From: Psilocybe cubensis | Taxonomy: Eukaryota | Direction of reading: 5' to 3' | DNA length: 64,000 nucleotides | Assembly: GCA_017499595.2 (NCBI GenBank) | Contig: CM039001.1 | Coordinates: 2,418,001 to 2,482,000, forward strand | Made by a program: the position numbers and the translations under genes | In this document: positions 26,501 through 38,149 of the stretch, piece by piece | Numbering within the stretch: the first letter of the stretch is position 1 | Layout of the letters: each line of letters starts with the position of its first letter | Notes under the pieces: generated by a model | Databases searched by the model: none | What the model saw: the letters and a program-made list of their open reading frames with translations, nothing else | Told to the model about the DNA's origin: nothing

Positions 26501-27404
26501 AGCTTCATCTCTAAGGACCTCAAGACGAGCGCCCTGAATGGTTGCACACGCCTTAATATATTTCTTGATGGCTTCTCGGTCAGGTTTCTCCTGTGAGTTC
26601 TTTTCATCCTCTATATCTTTGGTGGCTGTTGCAGAAAAATGGCTAAGAAACTGTTTCAAAAATTCGTCGATGGGCCAGGCGTGACTATATTTGCGAAAGA
26701 CCTTGGCATTTTTAATAGCCTGTACTCATTTGGGAGTTAGTAGATTATACGTGCTTAAATAGTTTTTGAGTGAATCACATACGCGTTCTTTTGCACATCT
26801 TATCTTGTCTCTTGATTGACGTCTAAACGGTTGGCGAACATCCAGGTACTGGAAGGCAGCTAGCTTGACTATCCGCTGAACACAACGGCATTTTGGTCAT
26901 CATGGGCGCACGTAACATCTGCATAAGAAGCTCACATTGAGACGCAAGTAATGTTCTTTTGTCAATCCCATGGCAAGCTCGAGGTTAAAGCCACCAAAGG
27001 CCTCACCGCGTCCTGCCTGGCCAACGGGACGAGGTATTAGCCTATCATCCTCTTGGTCTTTAGCTACCTTGCGTTAGAACATTTAATCCGTCATTTTAAA
27101 ATCAACACGCACATAATTGATATTTCAGGTCTTTTACAACCTTGTCTTTCTCTGCTAACTCTTTTTCTTTCTGAGCCAATTGCTTAATCAGCTCTTCTCT
27201 TGAAAGTAGGTGGGGTTCCGAGGAATTTTCAGCCCCGGAGGGGTTTGCTTTCGAAGAGTTTTCAGGCCCGGTGGAAGGGTTGGGGTTTGCTTTCGAGGAG
27301 TTGTCAGGCCTCGCGGCGGAAGGGTCGGGGTTTGCTTTTAGGGGTTTTGCAGGCCTGGCGGCCCTGGACGGGTTTTGATATGCTTTCGATGATTTCGGCG
27401 GCAT
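23558..27404 (-). CDS. Transposon-cargo protein with a C-terminal RTC4-like domain and an N-terminal small helical domain (many exons)
   Basis: Spliced SAGY|YGPIVRSLI and FFDMVMVPHVVNLLIMEDMNCAYDDADKIRRESASFG match the RTC4-like pattern GYYG...VLVP....LI.ED......A..I..ES..YG. N-terminal exons read IPRPVGQAGRGEAFGGFNLELAMGL...YLDVRQPFRRQ...WPIDEFLKQFL. Joining these into one gene is inferred. Confidence 0.6.
24722..24860 (-). repeat. Coding minisatellite of ~18-bp units encoding (E/P)KATSQ repeats
   Basis: Repeated gggacgtagcctt on the + strand, read as AAGGCTACGTCCC (KATS) on the - strand. Confidence 0.75.
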
Positions 27405-27663
27405 GGAAGCTAGGAGGCGAAAGTAGTCGCTGTGTACTGTTCAGTTGAAGTTTCAGAGGTATATAACGAAGCGTTGGCGGAAAAACTCGGATGCATTGCC
27501 CAGCTAAAAGATAATATACGCTAGTCCTTATTTGGTAGCGTTATACGCGGGGGCGCGATGTTTGGGGTATACGCTCACGTGAGGTTGTTCTAAGCGTATA
27601 CCGGGCGGTTTGCGTCGATTTCAACTTCCAAGTCCCAAAAGCCCAAGTCCTGACAAATACAGC

Positions 27664-28249
27664 ATGTCCTTTAACGTGAGTTATTTCTCCGGAGGCCATT
27701 ATGTTACCTAAACAACCGATGACATTGGGCTAAAATTCTATACAGAAACACAACTGCGTCAATTCTGCAGACGGTAAACGTCCCGATGCCCCAGTCGACG
27801 TACCACCAGCGAGCCCAGCGTGCATTTGTTGCGTTTTACTTCCGATGGCGGGCCTTTTGAATACGGATTCGGTTGATAGCACCTGCTTGCAGCCAACCAA
27901 TTCCTCAGATACTACACCCACGGAACCTGCTTACCGCCAGCTGCCCACTGTCGAATGCGTCTGCGGCTGTATATCGCTCCAGCAAACAGCCCACGCTGCG
28001 TCCAGCAAACAGCCGCATCAAGTTAAGAAAAAACCAGTCCAATCAATCCCGCTTTGGCATGCCTTTGTGCAGCAGGTACAACCTGCCGTCCCTCCGAAAC
28101 AGCAAGCAATAGCCTCATGCCAGAATCCTATGAAGGGCGGGGTAAAACGGCAGGATACCCTTATTGTTGAAGACTTGCCTAGAAAGGATATAGGAGGAGC
28201 GAAACCCCGTTCTTTAAAGCGTAGCAATACGGAAATCTTCATTTTATAG
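27664..28249 (+). CDS. Small Cys-containing cargo protein of unknown function, divergent from the RTC4-like gene
   Basis: ATG followed by a GTGAGT intron, then an open frame ...PACICCVLLPMAG...ECVCGCISLQ...KRQDTLIVE...LKRSNTEIFIL*. Confidence 0.5.
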
Positions 28250-28321
28250 TACAATAAAGCTTTGGAGCAGAAATAATATACCTACATGCGTTTATGCTAC
28301 AAATATTATTCCCCGGCTGCT

Positions 28322-31300
28322 TCAAATTTGAATATCTGCTAAATTGTCAGAAGCACTCAGGTTAGAAAGCAGTGTGGTCATACCAGAAAGAGGTAAAGTC
28401 AGCTGGGAAGTAGCCCAGTTGTTGATGGTCACCAGCCGTTGTCGATCTTGTGAATGACTAGTCTTGCAAAGATGATGTTTAGACAGATAGGTCTTAGACC
28501 ACGCTTTGATATGCTCCTGCTTGATAACAACATTCTTGCTGCGACAAAGAACATGTTGATTGATGTGAAGGCCGGCTTCCCATGCGCAATCCAAAATGAG
28601 AACTTCTTCTCCCAGATAATCTATCAACTCGCGAATGAACCAAGCAGTCCATCGGCAGTCAACAGGCGGAAAGTTAAACCAGTGCTCAAGGATGGTCGAA
28701 CAAAATTGCAGAACGCAGGTCTTCGAAACGGTGTTATACTTAAAAGATCGAGGAGCGTAGACGTAAACAGATTCTCTTGGTTGAAACCCGCTGATAAAGG
28801 AAGCGGCGTCGAACTCTGCATTTGTTTGTACAGCCAAAACTTCTTCAACCCGTCGAACCAGTACACCCAAGCCATTTGAGATGTCGTCCTTGCTACGATA
28901 GGCTTGCTCGAGGACGCTGTCCAACCACTCCCATAATAGAACGTTGGAAAGGAGAAGCTGCTTTTGTTGGAATTGGAGATCAAGTTTCGAAATTGTCTTC
29001 TTCTGGCTGTATGAAGCGTATAATTCGCAGGCTCTACGAATGTCACCTGAAATCACAGGCTGACTGAGAATTTCAGATATCAAAGACACGTCAAGCCACT
29101 TTGACTGCCCTTGAGAGGGAGTGTTATCGATTGGGAGGCGTTTTAAAGCAGCCAAAATTTTTGATATGCATTCTGGCCTCAAAGCATTCAAAAATTTGCT
29201 TGTTCCTATACAAAAAAAGCGGTCAGAAACCTTGAATTCAGGCTGAAACAGCGGAAAAATTGAACCAACCTAGGGATGTTACCGAACTGCTATGCCGGGT
29301 AATTCGTTCTTTAGGAGCAGCATTTTTCTTGGAAGCTTATAGTTTTGTTTGCACAGCGGACATTTAGTAAGGTTTGAACTGACGAACCTTTCGATTTTGT
29401 GACCGTAGAATCTCTGTCTCCATATAGATTGTCTTCGAAGTTCAGATTGATATCTGGCCCGGAGTCGCTTTCGGGATCCTTGCGATGGCTCATTCGGCGA
29501 GCCTTGCTTGAGGTCAAGGTTTCTAAATTTTTGCTTGTAGATATTTGAACTCGACGGAGACAATAATATTTTACATACGTTGTGATGTATTTCTACGCTT
29601 TTTGATATGTAAATCCATTTCAGAAACATCCCTAGTCCGTGCCCGTTTAACCGCTCCTGTGCATGTGTCAGTTATCAGGACGATGAAAGCATAATAAAAG
29701 TAAGCAACTAACCCTTGCGCGAACCTGTTTTGCTCTGTAATCCAATCACGGCTTCTTCGTCGTGGTCTCCAGCGGTTACACACAAAGGAATAGACTTTGC
29801 TGAGCTTTCCATGTGTTTTTTCCATTCTTGTACAGCCTCTTGGAGTTCAACGTTACCGTACGGTGCTTCGGACATAGAATCCGAGTTACAAAGCCTTGCA
29901 AGATCCTCTGACGAAAGATCCTCGATGGATGAAACGCCTAATCCACTAAGGATGCCTGAGTAGTCGGTACCGATTTTGACATCATCGCCTCTCCATCCGG
30001 GACCCAGATCCCACTCATCCGCCGTAACTCTCTTATTATCGATAACCACAGAAACCATTTTCATGGCTAACGATTTATCAACGCGTGGAATCAATTCCGG
30101 AGGCAACTGACGGGCAAAATGCGTGATTGCTTGGAGAAGAAGTCGACTGAAGTGATTGATATGAGCCTTAGGAGAAAGTAAAGAACCTCCGTCCGCAGTC
30201 CATGTAGCTTGCTTGCACATTGGCGTCTTCGATAATTTGTGCGACCTAAATTTCATTTAAGATGCTGGGCATGATGTAACGTTTATGCTGACAGACGTAC
30301 ACTGGATTTCGCATTTCAATACCGATGGCAAAAGTTGTATCATTAACTCCAGCCGCAAAAGCGACGCTATCAACCCCGTCAATTAGTTGACCAGGAGGGT
30401 AACCGATGAGAGTTAGGCGATAGTAGATTTCGTTGGGTTGTTGGACGTAAATGGGTTGATGACCTCCATGGAAATGGAGACCAGAGAAAAATATGACGGA
30501 AAACTCCTCCATGAGATACGCCAATCCGCAGCATAAAATGTAAAAATTTTCAGGCGCCACGTCGGCCCTGTAGCGACTGAGAACGTGCATACAAGTTGGA
30601 GCACCTGAACTGTCGGCAGCGTCAACATGTGCCATCCCAAATTTTCCGAGCGAGGATTCCAAGGCAACATCTAAGCCAAAAATGAAGTTCAGATTGTATA
30701 ATAGTTATGCGGGACACACCATGCTGTGGAACTCCAGGAGCTACATTCAGTTGCCAAGACGGCCAGACGCAATTATCATCATATCCTACTGGCGCTAGCG
30801 AGGCCACCTCGGCTTGACGCTTCAGGCGCTGGAACAAATGCTTGGATGCTTTCTTAACTCCTTCAATACCAGCTTTTGCCCCAGCCTGAGAATGCAATCA
30901 ATTGACGTGTAAAACGTTCAGCGAACGACGTACTTGAAGTATATTGAACCGCATTTGCAGATCATAATCCCTGGCCTGAGTATACACTTTGCTCTGAACT
31001 CCTGGAGCGCTGAGGGATTTCTGTGCCTGTAGGGTTGATCCAAGGGTGTAGCATCGAGGACCGGACTTGATATTAACTGCGCGATCGCTTCGTTCAAACT
31101 GAATACCCCCCGAGTACTCTCCGTTTGTGTCCTTAACGGGTTTCTGCGAAGACATAAGTTCTTGAGGCCCCAAGATTTCTTCCTGAAGTCTGCGGCATTC
31201 TTGAAGGTCTATTGGATCTCGCTCATGTCTGACGGTTGTTTAATCACAAAATCAAATGCAAAAAAAAAGATCCTTACTTGCTCAGTGTCCAGGATTTAAG

Positions 31301-31979
31301 TACATCGTCTCCAGGAAGCCCCGAACCGTATCTATCGCGTTCTAAATAAAAAATGTTGTCGCTTGGTTTTATGTATAGCATTCCTGAAAAATAGAAAAAC
31401 TGTCAATGCCAGCGGGTGAATTACAGAAAGGGATCAATCGCCTTGCATCTGTCCTTCTGCTGCAGTGCTCGGTACCTTCAAATTAGCGGAGTAATGAAAT
31501 CTACGCCTCATCGCGTCCATTGACCAATCTGCAATGCCCAGGATGATCCGGGCGTTGGGGTCGTCGACTTTAGGATGTGATTTAAGTTCATATAAAACCG
31601 GAAGCTGAGGGTCGCGTCCGACAAGTTCCGTCATAAGGCGAGAATCAGCAGGAGGGTCAATTTCAATGCGGTTGTCGTGAGAAGGAGGAGCGACATCCGA
31701 TTGTTCAATAGTCGCATCGGTCTGAGGTGTTAGACGTCCCGTCGTAGAAATGGATTCAGAGGGAGGATGTGGCGGAATGCGGTTGTCAGAAGCCCGAAAT
31801 GTAGGGTTCGATTGCCCCAAAGTTGCTGCTGTACGAGGCATCCGGCGTTTAGAACCCTGGGTCGGGGAGGGCGTCGACGCTGCTACCTTGCGACGCAATA
31901 CCGGCCGGAGCGACTTGGGTGGAGGAGCGGCCGGCGCTGACGCGACTGTACGACTTTTACTTCTGGTCTCTGCGGGCAT
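28322..31979 (-). CDS. Large 2-oxoglutarate/Fe(II) dioxygenase, TET/JBP-like (multi-exon)
   Basis: Double-stranded beta-helix signature: SWQLNVA, HxD in FGMAHVDAADSSGAPTCM, distal His in IFFSGLHFHGG, 2OG-binding Arg in YRLTLIGYP; preceded by FERSDRA...PRCYTLG. This arrangement is typical of transposon-linked fungal TET/JBP proteins. Confidence 0.72.
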
Positions 31980-33023
31980 CGGAAATTGGGGGATGGAAGG
32001 GAAAGAGAGCGGAAGAACGAATGACAACCAATTAGTCTGGGCAGCTGAGCATAACAATAACGGGCACGTACCGGGACTCGGCGAGAAATTGAAATACAGA
32101 ATGTCAATTCCACCCGCACCTCATGCAAACGGTCTCCAATCCGCCTCCATTTTTCAGGCACGTACCTATGGCCCGTTTCTTTCCACTTTTGTTTCAAACT
32201 TTTGTCTCAAATTTGTCTGACCTCCAAGTACAATTAATACGCTTTATAAAAGTAAGGACGCCCCAAGAAAGCGCCATTTTGTCCATAGTAAGGGCAAGTA
32301 GGTGCCTGTAACCCTGGAAATCATTCCGCCGCCCCACCGTCGATTACTTAGGCTGTGACGTCTACGGTAACCAGCCCTACGTACGTATGGAACTAATGCG
32401 TGTGTAGATATTCCTACGCGCCTACTCGGTCATCCGAATACATACAGATGGCTAAGATGGGTAAATAATGTACGATAATCTTTGTATATACGCCGTCGAT
32501 CAAATTCAATTCGAGTTTGAGACCGCGCTGACCTGCCGCCGCGCGAGTAAAGCAGGAGTACAATCTATTTATCGGGCTGGCTAAGATCACGTCTGGGTAC
32601 TGATATGCAAATGACGACATACCGGGACCAATCCGCCATGCTGGCTCTTCGATGTCGTCATACGTTATTGAGCGGGCACTGCTGCTGCGAGGCGCAGACC
32701 AGCATACCCCCTACAACTGTAGGGTAGGAGGATCAATGCATATCCCTTATTCTGAATTTAGAAGATAAAGGCGCGATCGACTTGTGCGCGCGCCCAATTA
32801 ATTTGTCGCGAGTCGCTGCCTGTGCGTACTTACCAGTTATTATAATCGAGCGTTGTCAATACGGTATACACTAGTTACAAAGACGCAACAGATTTTCTAA
32901 TTCTGCCTAGGTATCTCTACTAACTAGACGGTACGGTTTTCCTCCTCCCGTATTGGGCATGTTGGCGGAAGAGAGAAGAAGGAAACCGTGAGAAAGTGTT
33001 GAATTGCCCAACTTGACGCACGG

Positions 33024-33067
33024 GATTTCGAAATCCATGCCGAGTGTTCGGCATGGATTTCGAAATC
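33024..33067. repeat. Perfect hairpin (20-bp arms, 4-nt loop), copy 1
   Basis: gatttcgaaatccatgccga-gtgt-tcggcatggatttcgaaatc. Confidence 0.95.
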
Positions 33068-33287
33068 GCCGGGTACTTATTCCCGATACTGGCAAAAGAC
33101 AACTCTTTTCCGATCCTCTACCACTCAAAGGCGTACGCTGCCGTAGCGCGCGCGGGGGGCATAACGATGTCGATCGTAGATTAGGTATATATAATAGCTT
33201 AGATCGTACACATTTTATATACATGAAGTCGTAGTAACATGATATTCCTTCCCAGAAAACATCGACGCGCATCGATTCGTCTCGATC

Positions 33288-35932
33288 ATGAAGCGGGTCG
33301 GTACACAGGGATATCGCAACAGATCAAAAACTGATAGATTTCATTGAAGCAGCGTTCCAATGTCCGGAAAAATGTCGCTCAATTTCTGGATGTAGAAGCG
33401 GGAGTTGACGATGGCGAGGAGGCGGACTCCGGCGAGGAAGAGTCTGAACAAGAACTAGACAGTACGCGCCTATCTTATCTATTCTCCTGGGCAGCGCATA
33501 CCGCGAACACCATCCTTACAAAACAATCCTAGACGAGTTTCTCGATGAACAGGAAGTCGACGGAGTAGACGTCCACCCTCGGTCGCTGGATGAATATGCT
33601 CAAATGAACGACGAAGCTCTAGAGGCGTTACTACTGCGATCCAAGGAAAGAAGCCTTGCGGAATCAAACCGACGAAAATCAAACTGTGTAGACGCAGCAG
33701 ATGATATATTTTCTCCCAGTTTTTTGCCTGTATTAACTGAAGCGGATTTTCCCCTGTGGAAGGTGACTTGTCGCGTAAGTTCTACCCTACGCGTCTTGTC
33801 TACTTGTTATGTTGACGTTTCCATAATATAGGTTGGCAGGGAAGAATTGGCTATTGCATCTTTACTATTAAATGCTCAGGACAAGCACAAAATTCGATCT
33901 GCTTTTTCTGTTGAGAGGATGAAGGGATGTATATTTTTGGAAACACTTTGGAATCCCAATACCGTCGATCTGTTGAAGAAGACTCCGGGCGTTTTGGTAA
34001 CAAAGCGAGGCGTACAACAATCATTAGTTTTGCCTGACGATTACCGAGAAATACTTCGGGGACAAGGCAAAATCTCACCCCCAAAACGTGGATCCTGGGT
34101 CACCGTCTCAAAAGGTGCATATTGAGGAGACGTCGCGCTGGTGAAGGAAACAGAAGGGAGGCTTGTACGCCTGTTAATGCTTCCTCGTCTTCCCTTACCC
34201 GGTGCAAGCAGGGTCACCAAAAGAAGGAAGACAGACCATTCTGGAGATTCTGTTCTTTGGTCGAAGACGCAATGGACGGAGTGGTTGAATTCTCAAGGGC
34301 GCTCCCATCAGGTCGTAGAGCATACGGAACACTGCTGGCAAATAGGGAATACTCTTTTCGAACATGGACTGATGATTCAGGACATTGGACAGGATTCTAT
34401 CGATGTCGTCGTCGAGGAAATGCCCTTTCGTTACTTCCGGCTTTTTCAACAATCTACGCACAGCTCCCTGGACTCCTCATACATGCTACGTCCCACCGAG
34501 TGGAAATTTGAACCTGGAGAGGCCATTCTGGCGGCAAGTATTGAAGGATCGCAATCTAGAGAAGCCTCTGTAGTCGCTATCCATCCGTACTATTTAGAGG
34601 TGGCATACACAACCCATGATTCGCATAATATCGCAGATACCTCGCTGGTGCCGTGGATTCGCGTGACAAAATTGTTTCAACTCGGCGATTACGTTTCTGT
34701 ACAGAGCGGGGAAAATCAGGGCGTTGAAGGTTGGCTAATTGCGAAAACAAATGAGGCGGTCGTGATAGGACTTTTCGACTCGGACCTTCTGACAATCCCA
34801 AGTTTGCAAGTCTTGGACAATATACAGGTAAGACTTCGTCCTTTTCACCTTGAGTAAATTTTCTGACAAAACGTTCGATATTTAGACAATAGAAGCGCCT
34901 ATAAACTGGGTGCATGTTTCAAAAGCTCCTTTTCAACATCGGATGAAAGAAAACAAGAAAAAGAAAGTTGAAATCCCTTCTGAGGCTCGTCATTTTTGGT
35001 GTGATACAGAAGTTTTGATATCAAAACAGCATCATCCTATGAAAACTCGCCGAGGCAAAGTGGTGGACGTTTCGCCTTCCGCTGATTCTATACAAAACAT
35101 GAGAGTGCTAGTAGAGCTATTAGACTACCACGCAGCCTGTCCTTTTCAAAAAATCCTTTTAAATTACGGCGACGTTGTTGACGCAAGGTAACGCTTTCGA
35201 TTCTTACACCGTATGACGCTGCGAGATCGACGTTAATAAAAGTTTAACAGGACGCTTTTGCCTCTTGGAGATCGACATGCCTTTGATGGGATGCCTACCC
35301 TTCTTAATAACCCTGACAGATCTGTCGACACTCTATCACAGTCTGCTGAACGATCTGGTACCCCTATTCCAACCAGCCCAATCGCCGACGGGCAATGGGA
35401 TCCTTCAGCACCGTTACCCCACAATCCTCAATCCTCAATGTCGCCCTCGGAATACTCTCATCCCTCCCACGTTCTATTCAAAGAAATGCTGGTGGGACAG
35501 AAAGTCGCCGTCTATATCAAAGGGGGTTCATTCAAAGATTCCAAACGACATTACTTCGTAACTATCGCTCGAGACGAAAGAAACCATTTCACATTGCTTT
35601 TGCTGCGCCAAAAAAGGCCTTCAATGACTCTACAGCCAGAATGGGTTACGCCAAAGCATCCCAGCGGGACTCACACTAACGACCTGCTGTTTGTTGTTGA
35701 TGGAGAGAACCAACACCAATTTGTTCGCCGGATCGCTCAGCGAGACTTAGTGAACCAATCCCCTATCCTTTTAGTCAATCCGGTAATGAGGAGGGAAGGG
35801 CAATCCGATATTTTATGCGGGGTTCCTTTTGAGGTAGAATCTACTGCGTTAGTCATTGTGGAGGAAACAGACTTGGAGAGACGTGCGAGAGATGCGCTGA
35901 TGGCAGATTTGAGAAAACCATGGCGCTGCTGA
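33288..35932 (+). pseudogene. Spt5-like (acidic N-terminus, NGN and KOW domains) cargo gene with an in-frame TGA at 34123-34125
   Basis: QFLDVEAGVDDGEE...EFLDE, LWKVTCR|VGREE, IRSAFSVERMKGCIFLE (NGN), RGSWVTVSKGAY*GDVALV (KOW1-like), FEHGL, KLFQLGDYVSVQSGENQGVEGWL (KOW). ORFs 33847 and 34141 are in the same frame and separated by one TGA. Confidence 0.72.
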
Positions 35933-36319
35933 TATGTATCTCACTCTAATGTAAATCGGCCGGACCCAATTCGCGGAAACGAATATATCTGTTTATTAAG
36001 GCGTTGGCATTACTGGCTTCTATAGCTAGCTGAAACTAAAATGCGTATCGCGACGTAAGTATCTTCCGGTTACGTTTGCTTCCTTGGATCAGGTGGCGTG
36101 GGCAATATTTATGTTATTTCACGCCAGCGTGCGTGTTGAGTTTTTGTTCGAGCTTTGTTTTTTTTTGCTTCAGCTCTTTCCCCCTTGCCCGCCTTTTGTT
36201 CGTAAATCGTCAGTACTCGATACTCAGGCTTTTGACAATTAAGGTAACTTTCATGTGCTTATCAAAGAGCTAGCATAACAATCTGATGTGCGGGTTCTGC
36301 GCTGCTTGTAGCAAACACA

Positions 36320-37166
36320 ATGTGTCGAACTCTCAATGCCTGCCACCGAGGGGACAAAAACATAGTCATTTCTGTGCTGGATCTCTGTCGTGACACACGA
36401 AACTACGGCGGTATGCCCTTCATCTTTCTCAGAAAGTTTACGCTGCTCATTGCCAATCATCACACATATGCAGAGGGAGTTGAGGTGCTACAATGCTACC
36501 TAGCGGACTGCTATGAAAAGAACACCGCGCTTTCACAGGATGATGTGCAACTCTTTGCAGACTTCTTGCAAGACTACGTCCAATGCGTGCGCCGCTCTTG
36601 GTTATCAATTTCCCGACCTAGGACCATCCCACCGCCTGGACCTTCAGCTGCCGCCCGCCAGATCCTCAATGACATAAAAAAAGATGACCTGATTGTTTCT
36701 TGTATCAAGGCCCTTGAGATTTCTTTTGACCTCTCAAGGCTTGCACCACGTCGCAGCCGGGCATATATTTTGGTCATGGTTCTGTAAGTCAAGGGCTGTC
36801 TATCAGAGCATTCTGGCTGACCCTGAGTACCTTTTAGAATTTCAACATTCCTTCTGGCTGTATCAGAGGTGGCTGAGAGGTCTGAAGGTCGGCGCTATAC
36901 CCTGGAATCTTTCAATTTTCTCCAACGTGCAACCCGTGAAGCTCGACAAGCAGGTATCTCGCGTAGAGACGCAGTCTATAGAGTTATACACACTCAAGTT
37001 GGATCGCTTTTCAGCTCTCTGTAGCTGTTTTGTTTGCCGCTGTTGTTGCAGAATAGGTTTTGTCTTTAGCATCCAACAATTGTTAATTAGTTGTCGTACG
37101 TTAACTGCCAATACATCTCCCCATCAATCTACAGCCTGTAGATTTAATCTGCCACAACTATGGTGA
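36320..37166 (+). CDS. Uncharacterised cargo ORF(s)
   Basis: 155-aa helical-looking ORF 36320-36787 overlapped by ORF 36693-37166; no family recognised. Confidence 0.35.
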
Positions 37167-37564
37167 ACCAAGAGCATGATCTATATAGAACGGTATGCAG
37201 TAATTATGTTTGTTTCTATCTGCACAGTATGCACGCATATCATTCTAGCTTGACAATACCTTAATTGTGATACTAGTAGTTGGATAGCCGGTACCCCTAT
37301 ATTTTGATGACCCTGTTCCGCTGACCAGTCATCAATATAATAGCACTATGTCACATACGCCAATGACTGCTCTTATGTACCGGTTGCGAAGCCCTGAAAC
37401 AGCTTTATAACCAAGGGCCTGTCACTGCTTGTTAGTCCCGTCTTTATATACCTCGACACTGCTTAATCTCTGGCTGCCATAGCTCTCAATTGAACCTCCT
37501 CGACGATTGGATTGATTTCTCTGATTCTAGTTAACTTGCTAACACCTCCCGACCCATAGTTGCT

Positions 37565-38080
37565 ATGGATGTGGCTCAACATTGCGACCAAACTCGCGTC
37601 GATGTCCCAACACCTGAGTCAAACACCTTTCCCGTCCTCTCAAATCGTAATGATTCCCACTTCCAATATCAGTTACTCAATCTGGCAATGACCTGCGATA
37701 CGGTTTTTGGTCTTACCAGGGCGGCAAATGCGCTCCACAACCTCTTGTTGGAGAACTCTGGGATTCTCGAAGAACGTATTATAACTTGCAGTCGATCCAT
37801 GGTCGAAGAAGCGGCTGAATTCGCGGATAACGACGTTGTGAGGGCCTCTTCTCGCTGTGTGTTGGGCGTGAAACGCACGTTCTGACCACCCTTTCATTCA
37901 GTTTGAACTTGCCACTATCCTTGCTGCTATCCCCTCGGTCAACTTTCATTTGAATATGGATCTAATTCAAGATGCAGCACGTGCCGTCTATGTCGCAGCT
38001 GGTCTACGCCGAGACCTAGATGTTCGTTGAATTCCTATTCCTCTGATTCAAATTAACCATAAGCTAACGTCACGGGTCTA
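37565..38080 (+). CDS. Uncharacterised small cargo protein, probably 2 exons, convergent with the transposase
   Basis: 106-aa ORF from ATG 37565 and a probable second exon (FELATILAAIPSVNFHLNMDLIQDAARAVYVAAGLRRDLDV...). Confidence 0.4.
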
Positions 38081-38149
38081 GGAAGCGTTGAAAATATGCA
38101 GCTTGGCCTTGACAAAAAAAGAGTGAATTGTTTATGCAAAGCTTATTTA

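Noticed and set aside
33024-33067. Hairpins as tRNA/ncRNA genes or rho-independent terminators
   Set aside because: No cloverleaf, A/B boxes or U-tract. The eukaryotic context and position upstream of genes favour a DNA-level element.
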